Positions 46,101-55,398 of a DNA stretch of 64,000 bases are shown one piece after another. Position numbers and translations under genes: made by a program. This DNA is from Thermoplasmatota archaeon (GTDB lineage: Archaea > Thermoplasmatota > Penumbrarchaeia > Penumbrarchaeales > Penumbrarchaeaceae): assembly GCA_029762535.1 (NCBI GenBank), contig JARVGK010000001.1, forward strand, positions 64,001 through 128,000, written 5' to 3'. The first letter of the stretch is position 1; each line of letters opens with the position of its first letter. The notes below the pieces were generated by a model. It was not told the DNA's origin and made no database searches. It saw nothing but the letters and a program-made list of their open reading frames with translations.

Positions 46101-47634
46101 CCGCATGCACCAGTGCATCGCCCCTTCCCTCGAAGGGGAAAGGAGGGTAGATCACCTTTAACTGAACCCACTCGCTCCAGATGCCGCTCGGAAGGTACAG
46201 GTCCGGCCTGTTGTATCCGGCTGCCCATCTCTTGGATTCGGTCTCGTTGGGATCGACGGACCATTTGGGGGTGAATAGAACGCCTTGGGGTCCGTTGGGG
46301 GCCGTGAGCTTGATATCCATGGGCGGGGGTGCCAGTCCCGCATCGTTGTTCACCGATCGGACGGAGATGTTGAAGCGGACCTCCCTGTATCCCTCTCTGT
46401 GCCAGGGCACAGTATGGTTTCGCGGGTCCACCTTCATTTCCACGGTGTGTACAAGGCCTACGTCGACTAGCCCCTCGGCCGAGCCCTGGGCGAAGCTTAT
46501 CGGGCTGTCCGCCTGTATCACAAGGGCTCCCAGGGCCCCTCTGTAGGTCAGGTCGGTCATCATCGAGTCGTATTCCAGTTCAGGGATCATGATCCCTGCC
46601 CGTATGATCGTCGATTCCCCCTTCGACAGCACAGGGGTGAGGGAGCTGGACCATAATCTCACCATCCAGTTCGTGGGCCTGGGGACCGCCCTAACGGCGT
46701 AATTGTCTGCCAGGTCCCCTGTGTTCGTCAGGGTGAAGGTGAAATTGACCCAAGGGCCGCCCGGGTAGCCTTTCTGGACCGGGGGGTCCGCAATGATGAA
46801 GACCCCGCTCTGGACGGCGACGGAGGTGTTCACCACCGCAACAGCGCTGATATTCTCGTCCCCGTTCGAGACCACCCTTATTATCATCGTATCCCAATCG
46901 GTGACAAGGGCGTCCTCGGGGACCATCACGTTGAAGGATAAGGTGGATGACATCTCCTGGGGCTCGACAGTTCCCATACCGGTCTGGTAAGGCAGCATGA
47001 TCCATCTCGATTCGACCGAGATGGAGTACGAGTCCTGCAGCGCCCCCCGATTCATGATGACGAATTGATACGGCCTGTACGGCGTCTCTAGCGTCGATCG
47101 CCCCCTCTCTATCGTCTGTGAGCTGGGACCTATGTTGATCAGTTCGAAGGCGTACTGCCCGCTATCGAACACGTCGATGAGTATCTCGATATGATCGTCC
47201 CGGGGGTGGTCGTCATCCGCAATGATCGAGACATTGACCCGGTACCTGCCTGTGGATGTGGGCGTCCAGGGCGGGAACGTGTGGTTGAGTTCGCTTCCCG
47301 GAGACGACAGCGTGTCCGTAAGGTCCGAGCTGTTGGTGAATACGGCCGAGGAGGCGTTCCCAAAAGCCGGGAACCATACGGTGAGCTCGAGGAACACGCT
47401 CGAATCCAAATCCTCGGTTCCGGTGTTCCTGATCCAGGCGACGAACTGCTGCGAGGACATAATGACGGCCGAACCGTTGGAATGTGAGGTTATCCCGATC
47501 AGGCTCACATCCTTCCCGTCGGCTCTGGAGGGCATTGCGTTCGATAGATGATAGTGTGGATCGATCAAAGTTTGCGATAATAGTATCAATGACATTGCGA
47601 CGGATAAGAGAAGGGCCACTCCTTTGAAGCTCAT
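43147..47634 (-). CDS. large surface protein with COG1470/NEW3- and CARDB-like Ig repeats and a multi-TM C-terminus
   Basis: Signal peptide, repeated (V/L).N.GN..D.(Y/F) units, IDPEDEVVE...ESNN (CARDB-like), about five C-terminal TM helices. Confidence 0.8.
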   Translation of the reverse strand: MSFKGVALLLSVAMSLILLSQTLIDPHYHLSNAMPSRADGKDVSLIGITSHSNGSAVIMSSQQFVAWIRNTGTEDLDSSVFLELTVWFPAFGNASSAVFTNSSDLTDTLSSPGSELNHTFPPWTPTSTGRYRVNVSIIADDDHPRDDHIEILIDVFDSGQYAFELINIGPSSQTIERGRSTLETPYRPYQFVIMNRGALQDSYSISVESRWIMLPYQTGMGTVEPQEMSSTLSFNVMVPEDALVTDWDTMIIRVVSNGDENISAVAVVNTSVAVQSGVFIIADPPVQKGYPGGPWVNFTFTLTNTGDLADNYAVRAVPRPTNWMVRLWSSSLTPVLSKGESTIIRAGIMIPELEYDSMMTDLTYRGALGALVIQADSPISFAQGSAEGLVDVGLVHTVEMKVDPRNHTVPWHREGYREVRFNISVRSVNNDAGLAPPPMDIKLTAPNGPQGVLFTPKWSVDPNETESKRWAAGYNRPDLYLPSGIWSEWVQLKVIYPPFPFEGRGDALVHAAPIINETFDGMSIPKTGTVSVFVRPLIDFTISPPEWAFFSEQDPESDSDGNGIPDWKEGAPGDRLLLPFNVTNTGNTWDSYRSSAAAIPLPGSVKLPMDWLLNFPQGSSFGPLLPYLYDTQSRHHSSIVWVQVTVPRGAPIGERVNVTLRVNSLTEPSLERRASVTITVKQGFALDLEPESTEIEAYPDETVSSMLNLTNLGNGIDSIMVQLSQPALSGWTVDFEESTFDLEPGRSRSFRVLVTPSSEASADQELSLKVKAASLISPTAFDEVFINVTVRYIAGVTLKANTPTEVWKVPGDFASFEVEIQNDGNGNDTFDLALTNDADSWSHTISTGSLEDVRSVQIPRGRREFVRVNLTLPEIAEANSNDDLSLLRIRAMEKVVSTLEVVPRRDRDSKVDIQLSVGVLQAYRSSIFLRTGEMSTKDVLPGEDVSFSLFIENRGNGPDLLSAEIEAESRYLKWSSINSSATEQDPFAIYPLELTINPDPDDLPLYEEEVAVSVSAYAGDGLSYRSVRLYAFVVMSRVLSETLDVDLGRSSAMKLRICNMPDPGEVPVLGFPLQKNYTLSSYLFEEGDFSRGWMIDQNRLSVILTQLYEYRDMEIVLTAPDDLVDGSPYARINIDLEGGAGKTRSHISLARAVFFDIFIDAEASTFFDLYEGERGGATLRFVTTGNRNQGSIPVMVLVDGVEAGSYTIGPAMPADSYDMHSPLFLEVEFDIPGLLWYEKGRDLDIRIVIDPEDEVVENTVTGRGEAESNNVLSRSVAIMNYSPPLPITVGLFALLLIIAAAGLIGYLSGGRWRSLYLLPFSIGLSGVLAILFYLPFESRGNILLANTFGAAIILVDLVIILPLMIFLLTRSGNEYIRHLMGYQGQKDQMRTGGPIRTPLIPIGVSLAGGTMLSLLPLAIWLWPSYINENGLSGIPLSFLDSTAWIPVWSMVLISVVAALTLQISTLFLKKRSLAYLSNVSDQLERLNKEIKEGFA

Positions 47635-47825
47635 GATCCTGTCCTCGCCTGTTATTACGGTTCAACAGTCGGTATGTGTTTAAGCTTTTCTCCTGATTGC
47701 TACATTCTTAAAGGCCCCAGCCCACTTGATCCGAATTGAGGATAGGGTTCCGTTCAGCGCTGTTTAGGGGGGGTTGCAGCCCTGATTTGGATTATTTATA
47801 TTGATGAGAACATCATCCGGGTCGT

Positions 47826-48428
47826 ATGATCGTATCGCTCTGCGGCACTCCCGGGACCGGCAAGACCACCGTGTGCCGGCAGATCCCCCCGAAGGAAGCA
47901 ATGGTCATGGACATGAACGCTCTAATAACCGAGCTCGTTCCCGACCCGTGCCACGATCCAGCCTCTGATTCCCTAGTAGTGGACGTGGACGAGCTCCGCA
48001 GGGGGCTTGCAGCCTTTCAATGGCCCGAAGCAGGGCTAATCTTGATCGAGGGCCATCTGTCCTATCTCGCTCCTTCCGACCTTTGCCTGCTGCTCCGGCT
48101 CGACCCCAGGGAGATCAAGAACCGATTGCTTCGCCGCGGATATTCAGAGACCAAGGCGAGGGAGAACGCCGAGGCCGAAGGTGTTGGAACACTCCAGATA
48201 TGGGCGATGGAGGAGGAGACATCGAGGCTGGCGGGCCAGGATCCGGAAGGGATCGTGCCCGGCTGCGGTCTCGTACTCGAAAGGGATGTCACAGGAATGG
48301 AGCCAGGCGATATCGCGTCATGGATACATGAAATGGTAAGGGGCTACGATGAAAAAGAATTAAAACGCCTCATTCCATACAGGCCCGGTAACGTAGATTG
48401 GTTGGAGGTGCTGTCGGATTGGTTTTAG
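47826..48428 (+). CDS. AK6/Fap7-family adenylate kinase
   Basis: CGTPGTGKTT, IEGHLS, RL..RGYSETKARENAEAE. Confidence 0.88.
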   Translation: MIVSLCGTPGTGKTTVCRQIPPKEAMVMDMNALITELVPDPCHDPASDSLVVDVDELRRGLAAFQWPEAGLILIEGHLSYLAPSDLCLLLRLDPREIKNRLLRRGYSETKARENAEAEGVGTLQIWAMEEETSRLAGQDPEGIVPGCGLVLERDVTGMEPGDIASWIHEMVRGYDEKELKRLIPYRPGNVDWLEVLSDWF

Positions 48429-49222
48429 AGATGTTGAGGACCCCTTTCGGGAAACTCCTGGACCCTCTCGTCCTCCTTTTCAGGAACGTCCATCCCAACG
48501 TATTCTCGGTGCTTTCTCTTGTATTCTCGATCGTGGCCGGGGTCCTCTACGGATCATCGAACAGATGGGCCCCTTCCGCCAGCGGTATGGAGCTCCCATT
48601 CCTTCTTTTGATAGCCGCCATTTTCGTCATATTGAACTCCATCGCGGACTCGCTCGACGGCAGGATAGCCAGGTTCTCGAACCGAGCCAGCAAGTTGGGC
48701 GATTTCCTCGATCACAGCTTCGACAGGCTGTCCGACATAGCCATCCTCGCCGGCATAGCTTTTTCCGGATTTTGCGATACGACATTTGGCCTTCTCACCG
48801 TTGTCTCTGTCCTCCTGTCCTCATATATGGGGACACAGGCACAGGCGGTAAACGTTGGGAGGGATTACAGCGGGATCATGGGAAGGGCCGACAGGATGGT
48901 CCTGCTGCTGTTCGCATCAGCTATGCAGTTCCTGGTCATAGCGGGTTGGGGGGCGGAGGGGTGGGATCCACTAGGGGTGCTGGGGCATCGGATAAGCGTT
49001 CTCGAGATGTTGATGGGGATCATGCTCATCGGGGGTATATTCACAACCTTCCAGAGAGGCTACCAGACCTATATCGCCTTGAGGAGGATATCTAACGAGA
49101 ACTCGGAAAGGCCCCCTCGTAACGCGGATCAGGGTCGGATCGAAAGAAAGGGCCGAAGGAACGTGCGAACCGTTGATGGTAATAATAGACGGCCAAAGTC
49201 CTCCGATCACCCGAAATATTAG
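48419..49222 (+). CDS. CDP-alcohol phosphatidyltransferase (archaetidylinositol-phosphate synthase-like)
   Basis: HPN, DSLDGRIAR...GDFLDHSFDRLSD signature, GRADR. TTG start at 48419 after GGAGGTG. Confidence 0.9.
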   Translation: MVLEMLRTPFGKLLDPLVLLFRNVHPNVFSVLSLVFSIVAGVLYGSSNRWAPSASGMELPFLLLIAAIFVILNSIADSLDGRIARFSNRASKLGDFLDHSFDRLSDIAILAGIAFSGFCDTTFGLLTVVSVLLSSYMGTQAQAVNVGRDYSGIMGRADRMVLLLFASAMQFLVIAGWGAEGWDPLGVLGHRISVLEMLMGIMLIGGIFTTFQRGYQTYIALRRISNENSERPPRNADQGRIERKGRRNVRTVDGNNRRPKSSDHPKY

Positions 49223-49255
49223 GCAATCTTTAAATACTATCCTCTCCAATGATGA

Positions 49256-49356
49256 GGGTGACCTGTTCTGGAGGCCGTATCCTCCTCGGGTCGTTCACTG
49301 CCCGGAAAGGGCCGGAGCCAATAGAGAGTGCATCCCATCCCCTCTAGCTTGTTTTT
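49256..49356 (+). ncRNA. candidate structured small RNA
   Basis: TTTAAATA box at 49229-49236, nested hairpin 49256-49296, GCCC-GGAAA-GGGC hairpin, C-rich loop, terminal TTGTTTTT. Confidence 0.35.
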
Positions 49357-49429
49357 CCTGGCCCTTCCACATTGACCGCTCCATAGAGGTCCATATGTCG
49401 AGGTTGGGGGCGGCCCTCACCTTTTATAC

Positions 49430-50062
49430 ATGTTCATCGATCCTCTTATCATGGGAGAAAAGAAGGCCAGAGGGATGTTCCCTCCGGTCGAGTTCAGGAG
49501 GAAGGTCTTCCACGTGATGCTGGGGACCGCCTTCATGCTCTTGATCGTGAACGCTCCCTGGGCCCTTGCGCCTTTGATAGTTCTCTTCATTGCGGGATCG
49601 ATCCTTTCGCTTGTTCAGAATAAGAGGCAGCTTCCGGTCGTCACCGCGATCCTGGCCCGATTCGACAGGGAGGGCGATCGCCTTCCGGGAATGGGGATCA
49701 TAACGTTCTTCGCCGGCGTTCTGATAGTTTGGACCTTTTTCCCCCGCGATATAGCGCTCGCCGGATGCGCGGCCATGACCTTCGGCGATCCCATGGCCTC
49801 GGTGATCGGCATGGCCGCGGGCAGGCATGGATTGCCCTGGAACAGGTCCAAATCCATCGAGGGATCGGCGGCTTTCATTATAACGACGTTCGCATTTATG
49901 GCGCCAATGTACGGCCCTTTACAGGCGATCATCATAGCACTATCCGGCGCGGTCTTCGAAAGCATAGGCTATCCCAAGGGCAGTTTCATCAGCGACAACA
50001 CGATCATACCATCGGGAACGGCCCTGCCGCTCTTCGCTTTCAGGATGATGCCTTATTTATGA
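49430..50062 (+). CDS. polyprenol/dolichol kinase family (SEC59/DGK1/VTE5) membrane protein
   Basis: EFRRKVFH, FGDPMASVIG...G, KSIEGS, DNTIIP. Confidence 0.85.
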   Translation: MFIDPLIMGEKKARGMFPPVEFRRKVFHVMLGTAFMLLIVNAPWALAPLIVLFIAGSILSLVQNKRQLPVVTAILARFDREGDRLPGMGIITFFAGVLIVWTFFPRDIALAGCAAMTFGDPMASVIGMAAGRHGLPWNRSKSIEGSAAFIITTFAFMAPMYGPLQAIIIALSGAVFESIGYPKGSFISDNTIIPSGTALPLFAFRMMPYL

Positions 50063-51480
50063 TCCATGTCGGAAGATCTCCTTCCGAGCAGGGATTCCAC
50101 GGTGAAGAACTTGGATGCCTCGTCCCTGCTGATGGCCCCCTTCTCCACAGCGATATCCATCACGGACCTTCCGCTCAGAGCCGATTCCCTGGCGATCTCC
50201 GCGGCCTTCATGTAACCTATCCTTCTGTTTAGAAGCGTTGCGAGGGCAGGGTTCTGCATAAGTCTCTTGGACAGGGCCACCTCGTCGGCCTTGATCCCGA
50301 CTATGCACTTCTCGGTGAAGACGGGAAGGAAGTTCACTAGGTATTCGGCGGAGCGCAGGATCAGGTTCCCCATTATGGGCATCATCACGTTGAGTTCGAG
50401 CTGACCCGCGCAGGCGGCCTGGGATATCGCAAGGTCGTTCCCTATTATTACGAAGCATATCTGGTTCAGGCATTCCGGAAGCACGGGGTTGACCTTTCCC
50501 GGCATGATCGACGATCCCGGCTGGACCGCGGGAAGTATGATCTCTCCGAGTCCGGAGGTGGGTCCCGAGGACATCAGCCTGAGATCGTTGGCGATGCGCC
50601 CTAGTTCGACCGCCAATTCCTTGTAGGACGATGAGACGGCGACGATCCTGGTCGTGGACTGCATGGCCTCATAAGGCGAGGGGTTGGACCTCAGCTCAAG
50701 GCCCGTGATCCCCTTCAAACGCTCCGTTACGACACGCCTGTAGTCCTGATGCGTATTGATCCCGGTACCTGTGGCCGTTCCACCCAGTGGCAGCTCGAGG
50801 AGCATCTCGTTCCTGCGCTCCATCTCCCCGGTGACCCTTTTCAGGGCCGTGCCGTATGCGGCGAACTCCTCGCCGAGGGATACGGGGACCGCGTCCTGAA
50901 GATGGGTTCTGCCAGGTTTCAACACGTTCCTGAACTCGTTCCCCTTCCGCACCAGGGCCTCGATCAGGAGACCCATGACGCCCTTGAGGTCCAGCGTCAT
51001 ACGGTGAACCGAAAGGTGCATCGCGGTCGGGAAGGTATCGTTCGTGGACTGGGCCATGTTCACATGGTCGTTGGGGGAGATCCTGTCATAGTCGCCCCGG
51101 TCATGTCCCAGTATCTCGAGGGCCCTGTTGGCGATGACCTCGTTGACGTTCATGTTCGTGGACGTCCCGGCCCCGGCCTGGAATCTGTCCACGGGAAAAT
51201 GTTCCTTGAACGCTCCTTTGCGGACCTCGTCCGCAGCCTGGACGATGGCCTTGCCGATCCCCTCATCCATCCACCCCACCTCCATGTTCGCCAGGGCAGC
51301 GGCCATCTTTATCGAGGCATAGGCCTCGATGAGGTAAGGGTGGTTAGGCAGACCGGATACCTCGAAGTTTCCCACCGCCCTCAAGGTCTGTATCCCGAAA
51401 TAGGCCTCGGACGGCACCTCGAGCTCGCCCAGGGAGTCCCTCTCCCTTCGCGTTCCCTTTCCGGACTGGTCGAACGCCAT
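50053..51480 (-). CDS. aspA: aspartate ammonia-lyase / class II fumarase
   Basis: RERDSLGE, YFGIQT.RA..NF, QAGAGTSTNMNVNEV, SPNDHVNMAQSTND, GRTHLQDA, GSSIMPGKVNP. AspA versus FumC not resolved; start 51480-51519. Confidence 0.85.
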   Translation of the reverse strand: MAFDQSGKGTRRERDSLGELEVPSEAYFGIQTLRAVGNFEVSGLPNHPYLIEAYASIKMAAALANMEVGWMDEGIGKAIVQAADEVRKGAFKEHFPVDRFQAGAGTSTNMNVNEVIANRALEILGHDRGDYDRISPNDHVNMAQSTNDTFPTAMHLSVHRMTLDLKGVMGLLIEALVRKGNEFRNVLKPGRTHLQDAVPVSLGEEFAAYGTALKRVTGEMERRNEMLLELPLGGTATGTGINTHQDYRRVVTERLKGITGLELRSNPSPYEAMQSTTRIVAVSSSYKELAVELGRIANDLRLMSSGPTSGLGEIILPAVQPGSSIMPGKVNPVLPECLNQICFVIIGNDLAISQAACAGQLELNVMMPIMGNLILRSAEYLVNFLPVFTEKCIVGIKADEVALSKRLMQNPALATLLNRRIGYMKAAEIARESALSGRSVMDIAVEKGAISRDEASKFFTVESLLGRRSSDMDHK

Positions 51481-51608
51481 TTTCTCAACTCCATCTGCCA
51501 TTACCGGGAATCTCCACAAGTATTATAATAAGTAGTCATGATTGTCGGGGTGGAGATATCCCACATCAAGATAATAAACAGGATGTCCATACCGTTGAAG
51601 GTGATACC

Positions 51609-54374
51609 ATGTCTTGCCAAGGATCGGGTGGAAGGCCCAAGGTCGCCGCAGTAACGGTCATTTCGGCCTTTCTCATGCTTTCTCTGACGCTCTTGCCGTA
51701 CTTTTCCACAGGGGAGGTCCCGCCGACCAGATACGCCAGCCAGCTGGACCTTTCCGTGTTGGTGCCATACCATGGGGCCATTGACAAGGAACATACGGGC
51801 GAAGCCTGCCTGTCCATGATATTCGATCAATGGGGGCCCTATGTCCAGCAGCAGGATATCAGGAACGTTACGAAAGGCCCGCGCGGGTCCGGGGTGGCGG
51901 AGCCCCTGGAGATCGTACGCGCCGGGCATTTCTCCGATCTGAGCAGGGCGGCCTCCAACCCCCTGCAGAAGGGTTACTCCGCAAGACCTCTCGGGTACGG
52001 GGCGTTCTATTACGATTGGACGAATTCGAAGGACGACCCAAGCCCGAGGTTCCAGGAAAGGTTCGAGGACCTCTTCGAGGCGGTCACCCATGGATACACG
52101 GTCATGCTCTACATGTACACGGACACGCCACCGGTCATCGATCCACAGCCTCCCAACCCAAATATCCCGGATCCCAACGATTTCCCTCCGTCAGGAATAA
52201 CCCCTCCGAGCATCGATCCGCCCGTTACCCCTTCGGACCTCGCCAGGCTGGACAAGCATTGGAGGCTCGTGGTAGGTTACGAATCGGATACGACCAGGTT
52301 CAAGATATACGATCCATGGCCCGCCGACGGGTTCGCCAAAGGTAGGGACGAATACTGGATCGGCAGCAACGAGCTCGACCGTATCTGGAACATAACGACC
52401 CCGGAAGGAACCGGCTTCGACACGCACCGTATAGGGGTGACGTCCGGTCCAATTAAAGCGATGCTCACCCTGCCGAGGAACGACCGCATCGAAGCAGGCA
52501 CGGTCTTCGAGATCGTCGCCAACATATCTTATGCCGCCCCTCCGGTCATGGCAGGTATCTCTATACAGGATCCAGTGGCCTCTCTGGCGATACCCCCCGA
52601 TTACCAGATTATGGAGAACCAGACCGTCAAGCCCCTAACCATCACCTCCCCTCGATCGTATACGAACGTGGTATGGAATGTGAGGGCTCCGGAGAACAGC
52701 TACGAGGGGCAGCTCACGGGCTTCACTCTTGATATCAGAGGCGAGGTCAGAAATGTCGATCTCGGAGGGAACAGTTACCGTGATATGCTGGGCAATCGCA
52801 TCGAATTCAACGTGGAGACCTTCGGTTTCTTCAACTATCCGCCAACCATCACCAATGCCAGGATCGATCCGGCCATCATCCCTGATGACGGCTCTGTACA
52901 ACCTCTGATCACATGTTCGGTTTCGGATGTCAACGACAATCTGAGACAGGTCTACGTAGACCTCACCTCGATCGGAATGGCGCCTACCCAGAAGTTGTAC
53001 GATGATGGCACCCAAGGGGACGTCCAGGCCGAGGACGGAATATATTCTTTTAAGATCCTGCGCGAGGTCAGCAAGGGTATGAAGACCCTGACCATATACG
53101 CCGAGGACAACAGGGGGGCGAAATCGACCGCTGAGATCATGCTGGATGTAAGGGACGCCAAGGAGCTCACCGATCCTCCGGTAATATCGCGTATGGGGGT
53201 GTCACCGAACAGTGTGCCTAACGACGGGTTCACGACATCGCTGATATGGGCCATGATCGGCGATACCCAGAGCGATATCAGAAAGGTCAGTGCGGACCTG
53301 ACGCCCGTTGGCGGCGAGAGGAGGTTCGAGCTCGTGGACGACGGCACCTCAGGGGATCCCATCGAGGACGACGGCAACTACAGCGCCATGTTCGTCGTGA
53401 GCCCGGATACCCCGATAGGCAGTGTGGATGTTGAAATAACGGTCGAGGACAGGGTCGGCCATATCGTCAAGGGCAGGACCTCCTTTGTTGTGGTCATACC
53501 GCCGACGGACCCGTTGATAATCGACGCATCCGCAGAGCCGAGGAACGTTCCCAACGACGGGAAGACAAGATGCGTCCTGACGGTATATGTGTCCGACCCG
53601 AACGAGGATATCGAGTCCGTTTCCGTGGACCTGTCCAATGTGGGCGGTTCCCAGGGCTTTCAGCTCAAGGACGATGGAATTGGTGTGGATGCCAGGGCCG
53701 GGGACGGCATATGGACGGGTGAGTTCTTCGTACCGTCATCCGTATCCCCGGGGAACAAGAACATAGCGATCAAGGCGGTGGATTCCACCGATAGATTCTC
53801 GACATCGACGTTGACCATCAGAGTGGAACAGTCCAACAGGCCCCCTTCGATAATCGATTACAGGGTAGAGCCCCCCGGAGGCAAGTTCAAAACGGGGGAG
53901 AAGGTCACCGTCAAGGTCAACGCCACGGACCCGGAGCTCCAGATAGCCTCCGTAGAACTCGACCTGATGGAGATGAACATGGGGGTCGTCGAGCTAGTGG
54001 ACGACGGGAGCGGTGATGACGAGGCGGCCGGCGACGGCACCTATTCAGGCTCCTTCATCGTAACAGGCGACCTGAACGGAACCTACAATATCACGATAAG
54101 AGTGATCGATGCCGCAGGGGCCGAGGCGGTCGTTCGGTTCCCGGTCCAGGTCATCATCGAAGGCAATGGTGCCCTTTCGATAGGCCAGGGCCTGATCGTG
54201 GGGATACCCGCAGGCATCGCCCTCCTTCTCGTGATCGTTCTGGTGGCGAGCTGGGCTATCCGGTCCCGCAAATCATCCAAGGCCCCGCAGCTCCAGAGTC
54301 CTCAGGGTGGTTTCAGACCCGTGGATCGCCCCCAGCCTCGATTCACTCCGGTCGCCGGAGCCGGTCCGAGGTAG
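51609..54374 (+). CDS. membrane-anchored surface protein: C39-peptidase-like domain (degenerate) plus four choice-of-anchor X repeats
   Basis: VPYH...TGEACLSMIFDQWG...HWRLVVGY...YDPW, four L.DDG...D....DG.(Y/W)(S/T) repeats, C-terminal TM. Confidence 0.75.
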   Translation: MSCQGSGGRPKVAAVTVISAFLMLSLTLLPYFSTGEVPPTRYASQLDLSVLVPYHGAIDKEHTGEACLSMIFDQWGPYVQQQDIRNVTKGPRGSGVAEPLEIVRAGHFSDLSRAASNPLQKGYSARPLGYGAFYYDWTNSKDDPSPRFQERFEDLFEAVTHGYTVMLYMYTDTPPVIDPQPPNPNIPDPNDFPPSGITPPSIDPPVTPSDLARLDKHWRLVVGYESDTTRFKIYDPWPADGFAKGRDEYWIGSNELDRIWNITTPEGTGFDTHRIGVTSGPIKAMLTLPRNDRIEAGTVFEIVANISYAAPPVMAGISIQDPVASLAIPPDYQIMENQTVKPLTITSPRSYTNVVWNVRAPENSYEGQLTGFTLDIRGEVRNVDLGGNSYRDMLGNRIEFNVETFGFFNYPPTITNARIDPAIIPDDGSVQPLITCSVSDVNDNLRQVYVDLTSIGMAPTQKLYDDGTQGDVQAEDGIYSFKILREVSKGMKTLTIYAEDNRGAKSTAEIMLDVRDAKELTDPPVISRMGVSPNSVPNDGFTTSLIWAMIGDTQSDIRKVSADLTPVGGERRFELVDDGTSGDPIEDDGNYSAMFVVSPDTPIGSVDVEITVEDRVGHIVKGRTSFVVVIPPTDPLIIDASAEPRNVPNDGKTRCVLTVYVSDPNEDIESVSVDLSNVGGSQGFQLKDDGIGVDARAGDGIWTGEFFVPSSVSPGNKNIAIKAVDSTDRFSTSTLTIRVEQSNRPPSIIDYRVEPPGGKFKTGEKVTVKVNATDPELQIASVELDLMEMNMGVVELVDDGSGDDEAAGDGTYSGSFIVTGDLNGTYNITIRVIDAAGAEAVVRFPVQVIIEGNGALSIGQGLIVGIPAGIALLLVIVLVASWAIRSRKSSKAPQLQSPQGGFRPVDRPQPRFTPVAGAGPR

Positions 54375-54379
54375 AACGG

Positions 54380-55387
54380 ATGGATCCTACTGGGGCGCAT
54401 GGGAAAATCGCCCCATCTGTCTCAAGGGACGGCCTGTCGATCAAGGTGATCGATCAGACCGCCCTCCCGTCCCTCCTCCGGATCCTGGACCTGTCCGACA
54501 TCGCCGAGTTCGAGGAATGTATACGGAGCCTTCGCGTCAGGGGTGCGCCCGCAATAGGCGTTTTTGGGGCGTTCTCCCTTGCGATCTGCATATCCAATGG
54601 TATGGGCCCTGATGATGCATACTCCCGACTTGTCTCGACAAGGCCTACCGCCGTGGACCTCAGGAACTGCCTGGACCTGGTCCTGGCGGCCTTTCGGGAG
54701 GGGGGGCCTGAAGCAGCTTTGACGGAAGCGGACCGGATCAGGGAGGACATCGAACGGTCCTGCAAGGCCATAGGAGAGCATGGTGCCGCTCTCTTCGGAG
54801 AGGGTGTCAGGCTGCTCACCCACTGCAACGCGGGGGCTCTGGCAGCTCCGGATCTTGGGACCGCGCTATCCCCAATATTCCACCTCCATTCATCCGGTAA
54901 GCGGCCGTTCGTATGGGTCTCGGAGACGCGGCCTCTCATGCAGGGATCGAGGCTGACGGCCTGGGAACTATCGATCAGGGGGATCTCCCACAGGGTCCTT
55001 GTCGATGCCGCCTGCGCGTTCCTGATGAGGAAGGGTTTGGTCGATGCGGTCATCGTCGGTGCGGACAGGGTCTGCGCGAACGGGGACATCGCAAACAAGA
55101 TCGGAACCCTGGACAAGGCCATACTGGCAAAGGGTTTCTCCATACCTTTCTACGTGGCCTTTCCCATGAGCACTTGGGATCCGACGTGCCCGTCCGGTGA
55201 ACATATCCCTATCGAGGTGAGGGGCCCCTCGGAGATAGCGGTATGTGGCGGTGAGAGAGTGGCCCCCGATGGGTCCGAATGCTGGAACCCTGCCTTCGAC
55301 ACGGTCCCTGCGGAGCTGATTACTGCCTACATCACGGACCGTGGCGTCCTCAAGAGGCCGGGCAAGTTATCTATCCTTCCCAGGTAA
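54380..55387 (+). CDS. mtnA: S-methyl-5-thioribose-1-phosphate isomerase (eIF2B-like family)
   Basis: IDQTALP, VRGAPAIG, TRPTAV, LTHCNAGALA, ETRP..QGSRLTAWEL, ANKIGT, NPAFD. Confidence 0.9.
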   Translation: MDPTGAHGKIAPSVSRDGLSIKVIDQTALPSLLRILDLSDIAEFEECIRSLRVRGAPAIGVFGAFSLAICISNGMGPDDAYSRLVSTRPTAVDLRNCLDLVLAAFREGGPEAALTEADRIREDIERSCKAIGEHGAALFGEGVRLLTHCNAGALAAPDLGTALSPIFHLHSSGKRPFVWVSETRPLMQGSRLTAWELSIRGISHRVLVDAACAFLMRKGLVDAVIVGADRVCANGDIANKIGTLDKAILAKGFSIPFYVAFPMSTWDPTCPSGEHIPIEVRGPSEIAVCGGERVAPDGSECWNPAFDTVPAELITAYITDRGVLKRPGKLSILPR

Positions 55388-55398
55388 TGGGTTCATCC

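Noticed and set aside
49249-49300. C/D-box sRNA (ATGATGA at 49249-49255), SRP RNA or hammerhead ribozyme
   Set aside because: No properly placed CTGA D/D' boxes, the segment is too short and lacks the SRP helix-8 consensus, and it has no CUGAUGA/GAAA hammerhead core.
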